This document shows positions 18,973 through 28,299 of a stretch of DNA of 64,000 bases, in pieces. The notes beneath the pieces are model-generated. The model saw only the letters and a list, made by a program, of their open reading frames with translations, was not told the DNA's origin and made no database searches. The first letter of the stretch is position 1. Each line of letters begins with the position of its first letter. The position numbers and the translations under genes are program-made. Location of the stretch: NCBI GenBank assembly GCA_963675755.2, contig CAXXMD010000002.1, positions 768,001 through 832,000 on the forward strand. The letters run 5' to 3'. The DNA comes from a bacterium (GTDB lineage: Bacteria; Zhuqueibacterota; Zhuqueibacteria; Residuimicrobiales; Krinioviventaceae).

Positions 18973-19707
18973 TCAAAAAGTATAGTCAACATCTTTATCC
19001 AGCATAGACAAGGTACGGAATCCATGATTTATTTTCTGAAATACAGATTTATATTCATCATAATGAGATTCAAAAGTTTTATTTAAAACAATATAAGTTA
19101 CATTACGTCTTGGCATTACACTAAGAACCCAGATATTTTTATCAACTCTTTTTTCAGGCAACACAACTGCCCAGTAATGTCCAACGAGCACGTGATGGGC
19201 GGGTAAAGTAGCGGGTACGAGTATGTTGGCACGCTCTTTATTTGTTTCATATTTTTCAAGAATCTCAGCCAACAAAGAAATTGCCAAATCTTTACTATCC
19301 GGTTGTTCGTCTTGCCATCTTAAAATACCGGTAAAAGATGTTGCCAACGTATCCATGTTTACAACATGGTCCATTTCAACCAGCCAGTTGATTTGACCAA
19401 ATAAAGAACGATCGGTTTCTACATATTGAAAAACAGAATCTTTTGTAAGAACATGCATATCCCAATCACTGACAACCCGTTTCAAAGTAAAATAGTAGGG
19501 TCGATTAAAATAAACAGAATCTGCAATTCCAATCCTCTCTGCACCGGCAATGTCTTTAATGTCTTTATCTGGCTTGGGAATTCGTCGGTTCATTTCAAAA
19601 ACCAACAATGTTATAGCAACCAGAACAAAAGCCAACATTAATATTGTACTAGTGCCCAACAAATTTTTCTTTTTTCTAAATTGCTTTATATCCAGATCTT
19701 TATTCAT
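18973..19707 (-). CDS. hypothetical membrane-anchored protein
   Basis: Single N-terminal TM helix; 244 aa ORF coupled to its neighbours. Confidence 0.65.
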   Translation of the reverse strand: MNKDLDIKQFRKKKNLLGTSTILMLAFVLVAITLLVFEMNRRIPKPDKDIKDIAGAERIGIADSVYFNRPYYFTLKRVVSDWDMHVLTKDSVFQYVETDRSLFGQINWLVEMDHVVNMDTLATSFTGILRWQDEQPDSKDLAISLLAEILEKYETNKERANILVPATLPAHHVLVGHYWAVVLPEKRVDKNIWVLSVMPRRNVTYIVLNKTFESHYDEYKSVFQKINHGFRTLSMLDKDVDYTF

Positions 19708-20599
19708 TTGGAAAAAGCTCCATTATATCTTCAGGCGACCATTTGGGTGTTGCTCCCTGTTGGGTTGCAACCCAAGCACCTAAACGGTTACCATATTCAG
19801 CAATTTCAGCCAATTCAGCACCCTGAATAAATTTAATTGTCATACCAGCTGCAAAAGCATCACCCGAACCGGTTGTATCAACAGCAGTAACATTGAAACC
19901 AGGATGTACAACATATTCAATATCATTGACTAAAAAACACCCTTTATCACCCAGTGTAACAGCCGCCAGTTCAATCTCATATTTTTGTAATAATTGACGT
20001 AGAAATACAACATCATTGGACTTTTTATTCATTGATGTTTTTAACTGAGCCAATTCATCTTCATTAAGTTTTATTACATCTGCAAGCTTTAAAGATTCTT
20101 CAATCGTTTTTTTGATTGTACTGTTCCAGCCTCTTATGTTTATATCGAAAACTTTGCAACAATCATCAACGGATTTCAATGCTTGTTGAATGGATTGACG
20201 GGATTCTTCGTTACGTTGTGCCAGAGTACCCCACAATATAGCATCCAAACCACCAAGAATTTCAGTCCATTTGGAATCTTGCTGCATATAATCAAAAGCA
20301 ACGTCTTTGGTGCAATCAAATGTGGGAATTCCTTTTTCATCAAGCGTAACATTTACAGTACCTGTAGGAAAACTTTTGTCGGTTTGAATACCGGATGTAT
20401 TAATTTTCATTTTCTTCAAAGTTGATTTAATTTTCTTGCCCAAATCATCATTACCGACACGGCTTAATACATAGGCATTAAAGCCAGCGTAATTTACATG
20501 AGCGGCAAAATTAGCGGGTGCACCACCTAGATATTTCTTGTCACCATACACATCCCATAAAACTTCACCCATTCCTGCAATATTTAAAGAATCTTTCAT
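19700..20599 (-). CDS. PfkB-family carbohydrate kinase (fructokinase-like)
   Basis: GEVLWD, GGAPANFA, DINIR, KLNEDEL, DTTGSGDAF motifs. Confidence 0.9.
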   Translation of the reverse strand: MKDSLNIAGMGEVLWDVYGDKKYLGGAPANFAAHVNYAGFNAYVLSRVGNDDLGKKIKSTLKKMKINTSGIQTDKSFPTGTVNVTLDEKGIPTFDCTKDVAFDYMQQDSKWTEILGGLDAILWGTLAQRNEESRQSIQQALKSVDDCCKVFDINIRGWNSTIKKTIEESLKLADVIKLNEDELAQLKTSMNKKSNDVVFLRQLLQKYEIELAAVTLGDKGCFLVNDIEYVVHPGFNVTAVDTTGSGDAFAAGMTIKFIQGAELAEIAEYGNRLGAWVATQQGATPKWSPEDIMELFPNE

Positions 20600-22569
20600 T
20601 TACTTACTCCATCTTTATATCCGCTCCGTAGAGCAACTGTTATTTTTGGTTGACCCGGCATGGGCCCTGACGCGGTAAAAGGATCAATTTCCTCAAAAAC
20701 AATTCCTGGTGGTTGAGAAAATTGACTATACGGTTGATTCTCTAAAGCATTCTGCATAAAATTCAACCAAATGGGCAAAGCTGCCATTCCACCTGTTACT
20801 CCTCTTCTTTTTGATAAACGCATAGATCGATTATCATCAAAACCTACCCAAACGGCACACACCAAATCAGGAGTAAAACCTATAAACCAGGCATCACGAT
20901 AATCATTGGTAGTCCCAGTCTTGCCTGCACAGGGTCTTGAAAAACCAGCTTGTTTTATACTTTTTCCTGTACCGTAATCAATTACACCCTGCATCGTATT
21001 TAAAAGAATGTAATTCGTTTGTGGATCGATAACACGTTTTCCATTTAAATCGTGATCTTTTCTAATGGTATTACCCGCAATCTGTAATTTAGTTATAGAA
21101 TACGGATCATGAAAAACACCGCCATTTGCAATTGTTGAATACGCAGTGGCCATTTCTACAGGAGATACACTGGTAGCACCAAGTGCAAGTGATAAATTAG
21201 GTTCAAGCTCACTGGTTATACCCATTTTTTTGGCATATTCAATAACCGTTTCCGGTGTAACTCTTTCAATTAGTTTTGCTGCAATTATATTCCGAGAATG
21301 CGATAAAGCCCATTTAACAGTCATGGGTCCCAGAAAATCATTTTCAAAATTTTGTGGTTCCCAAACCTGGTTGTAAATTTTAAATGAAACGGGCTCATCT
21401 ACAAGAACCGTTTTGGGTGTTACTATACCCTTATCTATTGCAGCCAGATACGTAAAAACCTTAAATGAGGAACCTGGCAACCGGTTATTGGATACTGCGC
21501 GGTTAAAGGGTGCTCTTTGATAGTCCCTTCCTCCCATTAAAGCTTTAATTGCACCGGTCTTGGGATCCATAACAACCATTGCTGCCTGTGGATATTGAAG
21601 CTTGTCTTGCCAGGGAGCCAACTCATAAGGTGGTAAATCCAGTAATTTATCTAACTTTGCTAATCCTTCTTCAATAGCAATCTTGGCATAATATTGATAT
21701 TTTAAATTCATCGTTGTAAAAATATCAACACCGCCATACACAATTGCATCACGGCCATACTCTATACCCAGCTCACGAATTATATAATCCACATAATAAT
21801 CAGCATGGCTTTCATAGGGATTCATTCTCTGGAAAACAAGATCTTTATCCAAAGCAAATTGTAATTGTTCACTATCGATAAAATGTTCTTCAAACATGCG
21901 CTTTAATACAAAACGCAAACGTTGCAAAGCAAATTCATCTTTTTTATAAGGATTATAACGATTTGGAGATCTGGGTATTCCAGCAAGTAATGCACATTCT
22001 GGTAAAGTGAGTTCATCTGCATGTTTGGAAAAATAAGTTTGAGCAGCCATCTCTAAACCAAAAATACCTGAACCAAAATCAATTTGATTAATATATGCTT
22101 CAAGAATTTCTGTTTTGCTAAATTGCTGTTCTATCTGCAGAGTAATCAAAATTTCTTTGACCTTGCGTGTCCACGTTCTGTCAAATGTGAAAAATAGATT
22201 CTTTGCAAGCTGCTGTGTAATAGAGCTTCCACCTTCAGAGATTTTTCCACTCTTGACATTTACAAACAGTGCGCGTATTAATCCTGCTTTATTTAATCCA
22301 CTATGTTTAAAGAAATGAACATCTTCAAGAGCCAGCATGGCATGAATAAAATCCTGCGGAATCTCCTCATAGCCGATAACCTGTCGATTGGTTAAAGATT
22401 TTACAATCTGTCCATTATCAGCATAAATTACTGTTGGATTTTTGGTAGCAATTAAATTCAAATCATCCGGTATTTGGGGCAAATGTTTAACAATAAAAAA
22501 CAAACCTATGCTTATCATTAAAAAAGCAACTATCAGAAATACCGCTATCCATTTTAAAACTTTTTTCAT
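20596..22569 (-). CDS. class A penicillin-binding protein (PBP1A family)
   Basis: EDVHFFKH, GGSSITQQLAKN, RKVKE (transglycosylase); SSFK, SRN, KTGT (transpeptidase). Confidence 0.92.
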   Translation of the reverse strand: MKKVLKWIAVFLIVAFLMISIGLFFIVKHLPQIPDDLNLIATKNPTVIYADNGQIVKSLTNRQVIGYEEIPQDFIHAMLALEDVHFFKHSGLNKAGLIRALFVNVKSGKISEGGSSITQQLAKNLFFTFDRTWTRKVKEILITLQIEQQFSKTEILEAYINQIDFGSGIFGLEMAAQTYFSKHADELTLPECALLAGIPRSPNRYNPYKKDEFALQRLRFVLKRMFEEHFIDSEQLQFALDKDLVFQRMNPYESHADYYVDYIIRELGIEYGRDAIVYGGVDIFTTMNLKYQYYAKIAIEEGLAKLDKLLDLPPYELAPWQDKLQYPQAAMVVMDPKTGAIKALMGGRDYQRAPFNRAVSNNRLPGSSFKVFTYLAAIDKGIVTPKTVLVDEPVSFKIYNQVWEPQNFENDFLGPMTVKWALSHSRNIIAAKLIERVTPETVIEYAKKMGITSELEPNLSLALGATSVSPVEMATAYSTIANGGVFHDPYSITKLQIAGNTIRKDHDLNGKRVIDPQTNYILLNTMQGVIDYGTGKSIKQAGFSRPCAGKTGTTNDYRDAWFIGFTPDLVCAVWVGFDDNRSMRLSKRRGVTGGMAALPIWLNFMQNALENQPYSQFSQPPGIVFEEIDPFTASGPMPGQPKITVALRSGYKDGVSK

Positions 22570-22570
22570 T

Positions 22571-23425
22571 CTAACGGCCTCCTAACTGCGGTTTCGAGAT
22601 CATTGTTCCTTGGGCCTGGTTGTTAATTGTATTGATAAGGTACTCTATTGCTATTTCGGAGGCACTTGAAGTATAAATTCTCGATTGAGATTCAGATATA
22701 ATTTCAAATGCAAGCTGAACAGCTCCCATATCAACCTGTGATGAAATACCAACATAAACCAAATTGTCTCCCCAGGAGACCAAACGATAGGGATCATTCA
22801 TAATCTGCAATCTATAAGATATTGGCAAACTTAGAAATGCTTTGTAAAACTCATCTGCTGATATAATCCGATTTTGAAATTCTTTTTTATCTGCAAGACG
22901 TGTATTGTAATTATTTTGACCATTTTTTAATAACGAGTTTAAATCAACGTATCGTTCATTCAAAGGTTGACCAAAGCCATCTAGAAAATAAACACTAAGC
23001 TGTTGATCATTCAAGATCATTTTAACAGATTCCCATTGCGGGTTGTGATACAGTTCCAAAAACTTCATAGGATCTTGTAACTGTTTTGCAGATTGAACGG
23101 GTATTATACTGTAAAAATCGATAAAATCTTTATGACTCATTATAACTTTTTTACGAAGCAATAACTCTGAATGTAAATCATATACATTGGTAAAATGAAC
23201 CAGCGTTAAGGTATCTGCAGCAATATTTTGAGAGAGTGAATCAATCACTGCATCTCCATTTAGTTCCTTGTTCTCCTCTTCCCACAACCTTCCGGTTTGA
23301 GGACGAGTAGAATTTGTTAACAGTATCATTTTACCTGTGATGACTTCAAAAATATCAAACCATATTTCAAATATCAGCAGGCAAAGCAATACGCCTAAAA
23401 CAATCCATATTATTGATCTTTTCAC
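22571..23425 (-). CDS. hypothetical membrane-anchored protein
   Basis: N-terminal TM helix; weak internal repeat (DFIDFYSIIP...DP / DEFYKAFLSLP...DP). Confidence 0.65.
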   Translation of the reverse strand: MKRSIIWIVLGVLLCLLIFEIWFDIFEVITGKMILLTNSTRPQTGRLWEEENKELNGDAVIDSLSQNIAADTLTLVHFTNVYDLHSELLLRKKVIMSHKDFIDFYSIIPVQSAKQLQDPMKFLELYHNPQWESVKMILNDQQLSVYFLDGFGQPLNERYVDLNSLLKNGQNNYNTRLADKKEFQNRIISADEFYKAFLSLPISYRLQIMNDPYRLVSWGDNLVYVGISSQVDMGAVQLAFEIISESQSRIYTSSASEIAIEYLINTINNQAQGTMISKPQLGGR

Positions 23426-23453
23426 ATTAATCCTGTTTTAAAAAAATGAACAG

Positions 23454-24299
23454 TTAGAATTTAAAAGGCATGGGTGTAAAAGATATTATAAAAATAATAA
23501 AAATAATGTAACCAAGCAAGCGACGATTTTGATCTATTGATGTATAATTATCTACTGGCGGAGGATGAATTCTGCCGAAAACAAGTAACAATATAAAGAA
23601 AAAAATCCAAACAGGATATATTATTGTCATAATTCCTAAACCTGCAAGAAAAACCAAATTTGATTTTTTATTAAAATGCCCAAACAAACTAAAAAATATG
23701 TGCCCACCATCCAATTGGCCGATAGGTATTAAATTAAGTGCTGTTACAAATAAACCTACCCATCCTGCATATGCAAGCGGATGCAAAGAGACATCATATC
23801 CGTCCGGCACTATTCCTATTGCTATATACGACAAACCCTTGAACAACAAAGGTTCACCTAAAAAGAATGCCATGTCATCCATTTCAGGTGTTGGAACAAT
23901 TGTAGATAATTTTAAACCCAGATAGATCAAGGGTAAAGTTATAACAAAACCTGCAAGCGGCCCTGATGCGCCAATATCAAACAAGGCTTTTTTATTTGGA
24001 ATAGGTTCTTTTATTCGAATAAAAGCGCCAAATGTTCCAAATGGGTTCAAAACGGGAACCGGAAATGGTATAAAATAAGGTAAAGTTGTATTTATATGAT
24101 ATCTCTTGCAAGTAAAATAATGAGCAAATTCATGTGTTGATAAAAAAAGCATAATCCCAATACTGTACCACGGGCCCCAAAGTAACCAGGTTGAAACAAA
24201 AGTGAGTAAGAACAAAATAAACGGAATTCGTATTTTATTCCATTGCTTTAGCTTTGGTTTAACTTTCAATGAGGTACTATTATCAACGCTATTTTCCAT
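23454..24299 (-). CDS. site-2 protease (peptidase M50)
   Basis: HEFAH, FDIGASGP, LNLIPIGQLDGGH motifs; multiple TM helices. Confidence 0.9.
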   Translation of the reverse strand: MENSVDNSTSLKVKPKLKQWNKIRIPFILFLLTFVSTWLLWGPWYSIGIMLFLSTHEFAHYFTCKRYHINTTLPYFIPFPVPVLNPFGTFGAFIRIKEPIPNKKALFDIGASGPLAGFVITLPLIYLGLKLSTIVPTPEMDDMAFFLGEPLLFKGLSYIAIGIVPDGYDVSLHPLAYAGWVGLFVTALNLIPIGQLDGGHIFFSLFGHFNKKSNLVFLAGLGIMTIIYPVWIFFFILLLVFGRIHPPPVDNYTSIDQNRRLLGYIIFIIFIISFTPMPFKF

Positions 24300-24303
24300 A
24301 GAT

Positions 24304-25083
24304 TTATTCTTGAAACTGCACAATCACTCTGGCTTTATTATTAATATTTAAACATTCTGCGGCATTTCCATTACGTACAGCAATTTCCAACATTCCATGA
24401 CTGCCAATTAATGCTACAGGAAATCCGTCAAGTACATCACTATAACTATTTGCAAGTTTTACAATTTTGTGAGCCGCCAAATGTATTGAATGTAACTTTT
24501 TATTAAAAAAAACATGCTCTGGAATATTGGTAATTAAATTTCCAAAATGATCGATATGAGCGATTTCACCACTTGCAATATCTCCCAATTCTTTACAAAC
24601 AGGAATAATACCTTTATTAAAATTAGAGCACGGTGAGCCTATTTCTTCTAATGTTATACCTGTAGATATGTGTGCCGCTACAGGAGCAAAAATATCACGA
24701 CCATGAAATGTATTACTTATATTTGGTAGAAAAAAATCTTTTTTATTCAACTCGAATACATTGGCGTCTGGCCAGGTAGCAAAAATCCATTGTAAAACAC
24801 CATTGTCAGGAGCAACAAAGATATGGTTTGGAATTTGAACACCAAGGATCTTTCTTGCACTTCCCACTCCCGGATCCACAACAATAACATGAATTGTATT
24901 TTCAGGGAAATAATGAAAAGCAGATTTTAAAATAAATGATGCTGCAGTAATATCTCCCTGTGGTATCTGGTGTGTAATATCAATAAATGCAAGTTGGGGA
25001 TTAATAGACAACATTACCCCCTTCATTATGGCTGCAAAACCATCCTGCTCACCAAAATCTGTCAACAGGGTCACAAGAGGCAT
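24304..25083 (-). CDS. SAM hydroxide adenosyltransferase / chlorinase-fluorinase family (DUF62)
   Basis: LLTDFG, DITH, VVDPGVG, APDNG, STFHGRDIFAP-like (SNTFHGRDIFAP), DHFGN motifs. Confidence 0.92.
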   Translation of the reverse strand: MPLVTLLTDFGEQDGFAAIMKGVMLSINPQLAFIDITHQIPQGDITAASFILKSAFHYFPENTIHVIVVDPGVGSARKILGVQIPNHIFVAPDNGVLQWIFATWPDANVFELNKKDFFLPNISNTFHGRDIFAPVAAHISTGITLEEIGSPCSNFNKGIIPVCKELGDIASGEIAHIDHFGNLITNIPEHVFFNKKLHSIHLAAHKIVKLANSYSDVLDGFPVALIGSHGMLEIAVRNGNAAECLNINNKARVIVQFQE

Positions 25084-25088
25084 CTGAT

Positions 25089-25757
25089 TTACTCTCCGTT
25101 ATTGTACTGCTGCATTATTTTATAAATATCCTGATATACATTTTCAATTAGATGAGGACGTTTATCCAGATCTAATTCATCAGCATCTACAATTAAAACA
25201 TTATAACTGTCTTTAATACTGTTTATCCAACGTTCATATGCTTCATTTAATTCAAAAAGATATTCTTTGGTAATTTTTTGTTCATAGTCTCTTCCCCGCT
25301 TTCGTATTCGCGATATCAACGTCCAGGTCGATGCTCGCAGATATACAATCAGATCAGGCTTGCGGAGATACTGTGTCATAATAGCAAAAAGATCACGATA
25401 GTTTTCATAATCACGGTCTGTCATATAACCTTGTTTATGGAGGATATATGCAAATATCTCAGCATCTTCATAAATCGACCGATCCTGTATACACGGTACA
25501 GGACTATTTGATATAGTACGCTGATCGTTAAATCGATTTGACAGAAAAAAGATTTGTAAATTAAAACTCCAGCGGTTCATATCTTTGTAAAAATCATCCA
25601 GATATGGATTATCAATTACACGTTCAAAAAATGGCTCGAGTTTTAATTTTTCACTCAACTTGTTGGTAATGGTTGTTTTCCCTACTCCAATATTACCGGC
25701 TATAGCCATAAAAAAAGGAGGTTTTTGTTCAGTTCCGTTTTTACTAGAATTCATCAT
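25089..25757 (-). CDS. deoxynucleoside kinase
   Basis: GNIGVGKTT, DRSIYED, RIRKRGRDYE motifs. Confidence 0.92.
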   Translation of the reverse strand: MMNSSKNGTEQKPPFFMAIAGNIGVGKTTITNKLSEKLKLEPFFERVIDNPYLDDFYKDMNRWSFNLQIFFLSNRFNDQRTISNSPVPCIQDRSIYEDAEIFAYILHKQGYMTDRDYENYRDLFAIMTQYLRKPDLIVYLRASTWTLISRIRKRGRDYEQKITKEYLFELNEAYERWINSIKDSYNVLIVDADELDLDKRPHLIENVYQDIYKIMQQYNNGE

Positions 25758-25764
25758 ACTCTTT

Positions 25765-28299
25765 TCAATTATAGGAAATAGCTACAGTTTCATTTTTCTC
25801 GGTAAATTCAATATCGTTAAATCCATACCCGGATTCATCTGTTATTCTAAAGTATAACCCCATTTCACCAATACGATTAGAAGCCTTGACCATAATGTAA
25901 TTCTGACCAGCATTCAAATTAATTTTGGTCCGCAAACGATCTAATATGGGTTGTTGATATTCATTCTGTGTAACAACTTTACGGTTATTCAACCATACTT
26001 TAATTGGACTCGTTGGTCCTAATCGCAATTCAGCAGTTCGGGATGAAGGCACCCAGACAGGTAAAACAGCATAAACCGCATTGTTATAATGAGCATCACC
26101 AATCTTTTTTAAATCAATAAATCCATCATATAATGCATCGCTATCGGAGATCAAAAAACCTTCATTATCATTATGATAGAGTTCGTTCAATTCATTTTCT
26201 TCAGGATAAAATTGCTGATTAACTCCCTTTTCAATATCATAAGGTCCAAAATATTTCCATTCACTTGATGGTGGCGAACCTGTTCGCTTGACAATTTCAT
26301 TATAATCTTTAAACTCTTGTTTGTAATAATGAATACTTGCCAATGCCATCATCATTGAAATTTCAAAATGACGATTTTCGATTGTTTTAGAAAACGCTAA
26401 CAATTTTTCAATATTTTCTTGATTTAAACGACCGTTATAGTAACCTTGTTTTATTCCATCAAAATAATATCTCCAATAGTTATCCCACGTGATATTGGTC
26501 ATTTGATTTAATGCGGTAGTTATGATTTCATCAAAATCGATTATAAAACTATTATACTCGTCAATATATCCATCATTATATAATATCTCTTTGAATGCCA
26601 AAGCAGATATATTGATCATAGGATCTTTAGTTTTTTCAAGAAGCATAGTTAATAGTTGGTCCGTCTTTTTATAATAATCATCGATTGTAAATGCAAATCG
26701 AACCATTATAAAAATCATATTCGGAGTTATATTTTCCAGAGATTCTGAATTAAGAAATTTATCATAAATTGATTCTATACGTTTTCGGTTTTCAATATTC
26801 TCAGGATCAACAATTAACAATGCCAAAAGTGCATTAAAGTGTTCAGGCTGCTGTTCAAGAATATCTTCCAACACCTCAATAACCTTGTTAAACTTTTTTT
26901 CAACAATATATGTATTGGCCAACAGCAGATATGGATTAACATTGAGTTCAATAGGGCCTTGCTTTTCAATTAGCTCCTTGACAATTTTATGTGCCTTTCG
27001 AGTATCTCCTTTATCAAGATAGGCTGTAACCAAATGATTAGCTGCAGGATAAAAATCTTTATCAATGTCGAGTGATTTCTCAAACATCTCTATGGCTCTG
27101 TCCAGCTCCCCCTGTTCCAGTAATAGTTCACCGTAACTATCCAAAGGATTCGGTTCATCCTGAGCAATATCGATATATTTTTGCAAAGCAGCGTATGCAA
27201 GATCAATTTTACCAATATCTGCATATGCATACCCTAAATGATTATAAGCTAATTTAAAATCAGGATCTAATGCAATAGTAGCCTCATATTGCTCAATTGC
27301 TTTTTCAGATCGGCCTATTTGAAACTGATAAAAGTTAGCCAACTGAAAATGAGCATCTGCATCTTCAGGGAATTGATCTACAAGTTGTTCATAATATTTT
27401 ATCGCTTGAAAAATATCACCGTCAGTAATAGCCTTTGCTCCAAGTATCCTCAATTTTTCTTTAGGGGGAGCATTGGCTGCATAACGAGCAGCTTTTTCAA
27501 GCATTGCTTTCCGTCTTTCAACATTTCTACGCATTCCATAATACTCTGCAAGACGAATATATGCTGAAGCAAAAGTACTATCTATTTCTACAGCTTTTTG
27601 AAATTGTTCAAATGCTTTTTCATAATAGAGTTGATTTTGTAATTTCATGCCTTGTGAATAAAACTTGAAAGCTTCTAACGATTGAAAAGTCAGGTCACCT
27701 TTGTTAACATCAATTTCGTTTAATGCGCTTAGATTAATTTGGAGATTTTCTCTTAACAAATTTGAAATGCGATTGATCATAGAGAATACATTTTCCAGGC
27801 CGCCCCCTGCTTCAATTACTTTTTGCAGTAATCGTCCACTAGTACCTTCTCGCAATTCTAGATCTATGTAAAGTGAATCTGATGCATAGCGAAATTGCCC
27901 ATTGATAAAAACCTGGGCATTGATTTGTTTTGCCAGGTTTGATCCCGTAATTGAATCCTGGATTGCATAAGAATTTATATCTAAATTTTGCATGGCTTCA
28001 TTAATTTGCAACCCGGGGATTATTATTAATTGACGGGATTGAGCAAGCTCTGATGTCAGCATTTCCACAATTCCAGATTCTAGCCAGTTCAAATTTGTAT
28101 CACCTGTTCTGTTCAGGAAATGATAAATGGCAATACTCTTTTTTTGAGATGCCTCAAATTGGATTGTAGAAATGCGGTCTTGCATCAAAGCACTGTTTGG
28201 TTTTGATGCAAGTTTTATTCTGCGATCCATATTTGAATCACAGGAAAAAAGAAAAAAGATAACTACGAATAGAATAATATGCTTAAAAAATCTTGTCAT
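25765..28299 (-). CDS. lipoprotein with TolB-N/FlgO-like domain, TPR repeats and C-terminal beta-sandwich
   Basis: Lipobox FLFSC; SIAIYHFLNRTGD..LNWL..GI.EML; many TPR motifs; C-terminal KVWLNN...LNAGQNYIMVK. Confidence 0.75.
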   Translation of the reverse strand: MTRFFKHIILFVVIFFLFSCDSNMDRRIKLASKPNSALMQDRISTIQFEASQKKSIAIYHFLNRTGDTNLNWLESGIVEMLTSELAQSRQLIIIPGLQINEAMQNLDINSYAIQDSITGSNLAKQINAQVFINGQFRYASDSLYIDLELREGTSGRLLQKVIEAGGGLENVFSMINRISNLLRENLQINLSALNEIDVNKGDLTFQSLEAFKFYSQGMKLQNQLYYEKAFEQFQKAVEIDSTFASAYIRLAEYYGMRRNVERRKAMLEKAARYAANAPPKEKLRILGAKAITDGDIFQAIKYYEQLVDQFPEDADAHFQLANFYQFQIGRSEKAIEQYEATIALDPDFKLAYNHLGYAYADIGKIDLAYAALQKYIDIAQDEPNPLDSYGELLLEQGELDRAIEMFEKSLDIDKDFYPAANHLVTAYLDKGDTRKAHKIVKELIEKQGPIELNVNPYLLLANTYIVEKKFNKVIEVLEDILEQQPEHFNALLALLIVDPENIENRKRIESIYDKFLNSESLENITPNMIFIMVRFAFTIDDYYKKTDQLLTMLLEKTKDPMINISALAFKEILYNDGYIDEYNSFIIDFDEIITTALNQMTNITWDNYWRYYFDGIKQGYYNGRLNQENIEKLLAFSKTIENRHFEISMMMALASIHYYKQEFKDYNEIVKRTGSPPSSEWKYFGPYDIEKGVNQQFYPEENELNELYHNDNEGFLISDSDALYDGFIDLKKIGDAHYNNAVYAVLPVWVPSSRTAELRLGPTSPIKVWLNNRKVVTQNEYQQPILDRLRTKINLNAGQNYIMVKASNRIGEMGLYFRITDESGYGFNDIEFTEKNETVAISYN

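Noticed and set aside
24304-25083. Halogenase (fluorinase/chlorinase) of a natural-product cluster
   Set aside because: Housekeeping context, and it retains the His-Gly-Arg-Asp motif typical of the SAM-hydrolysing DUF62 majority.
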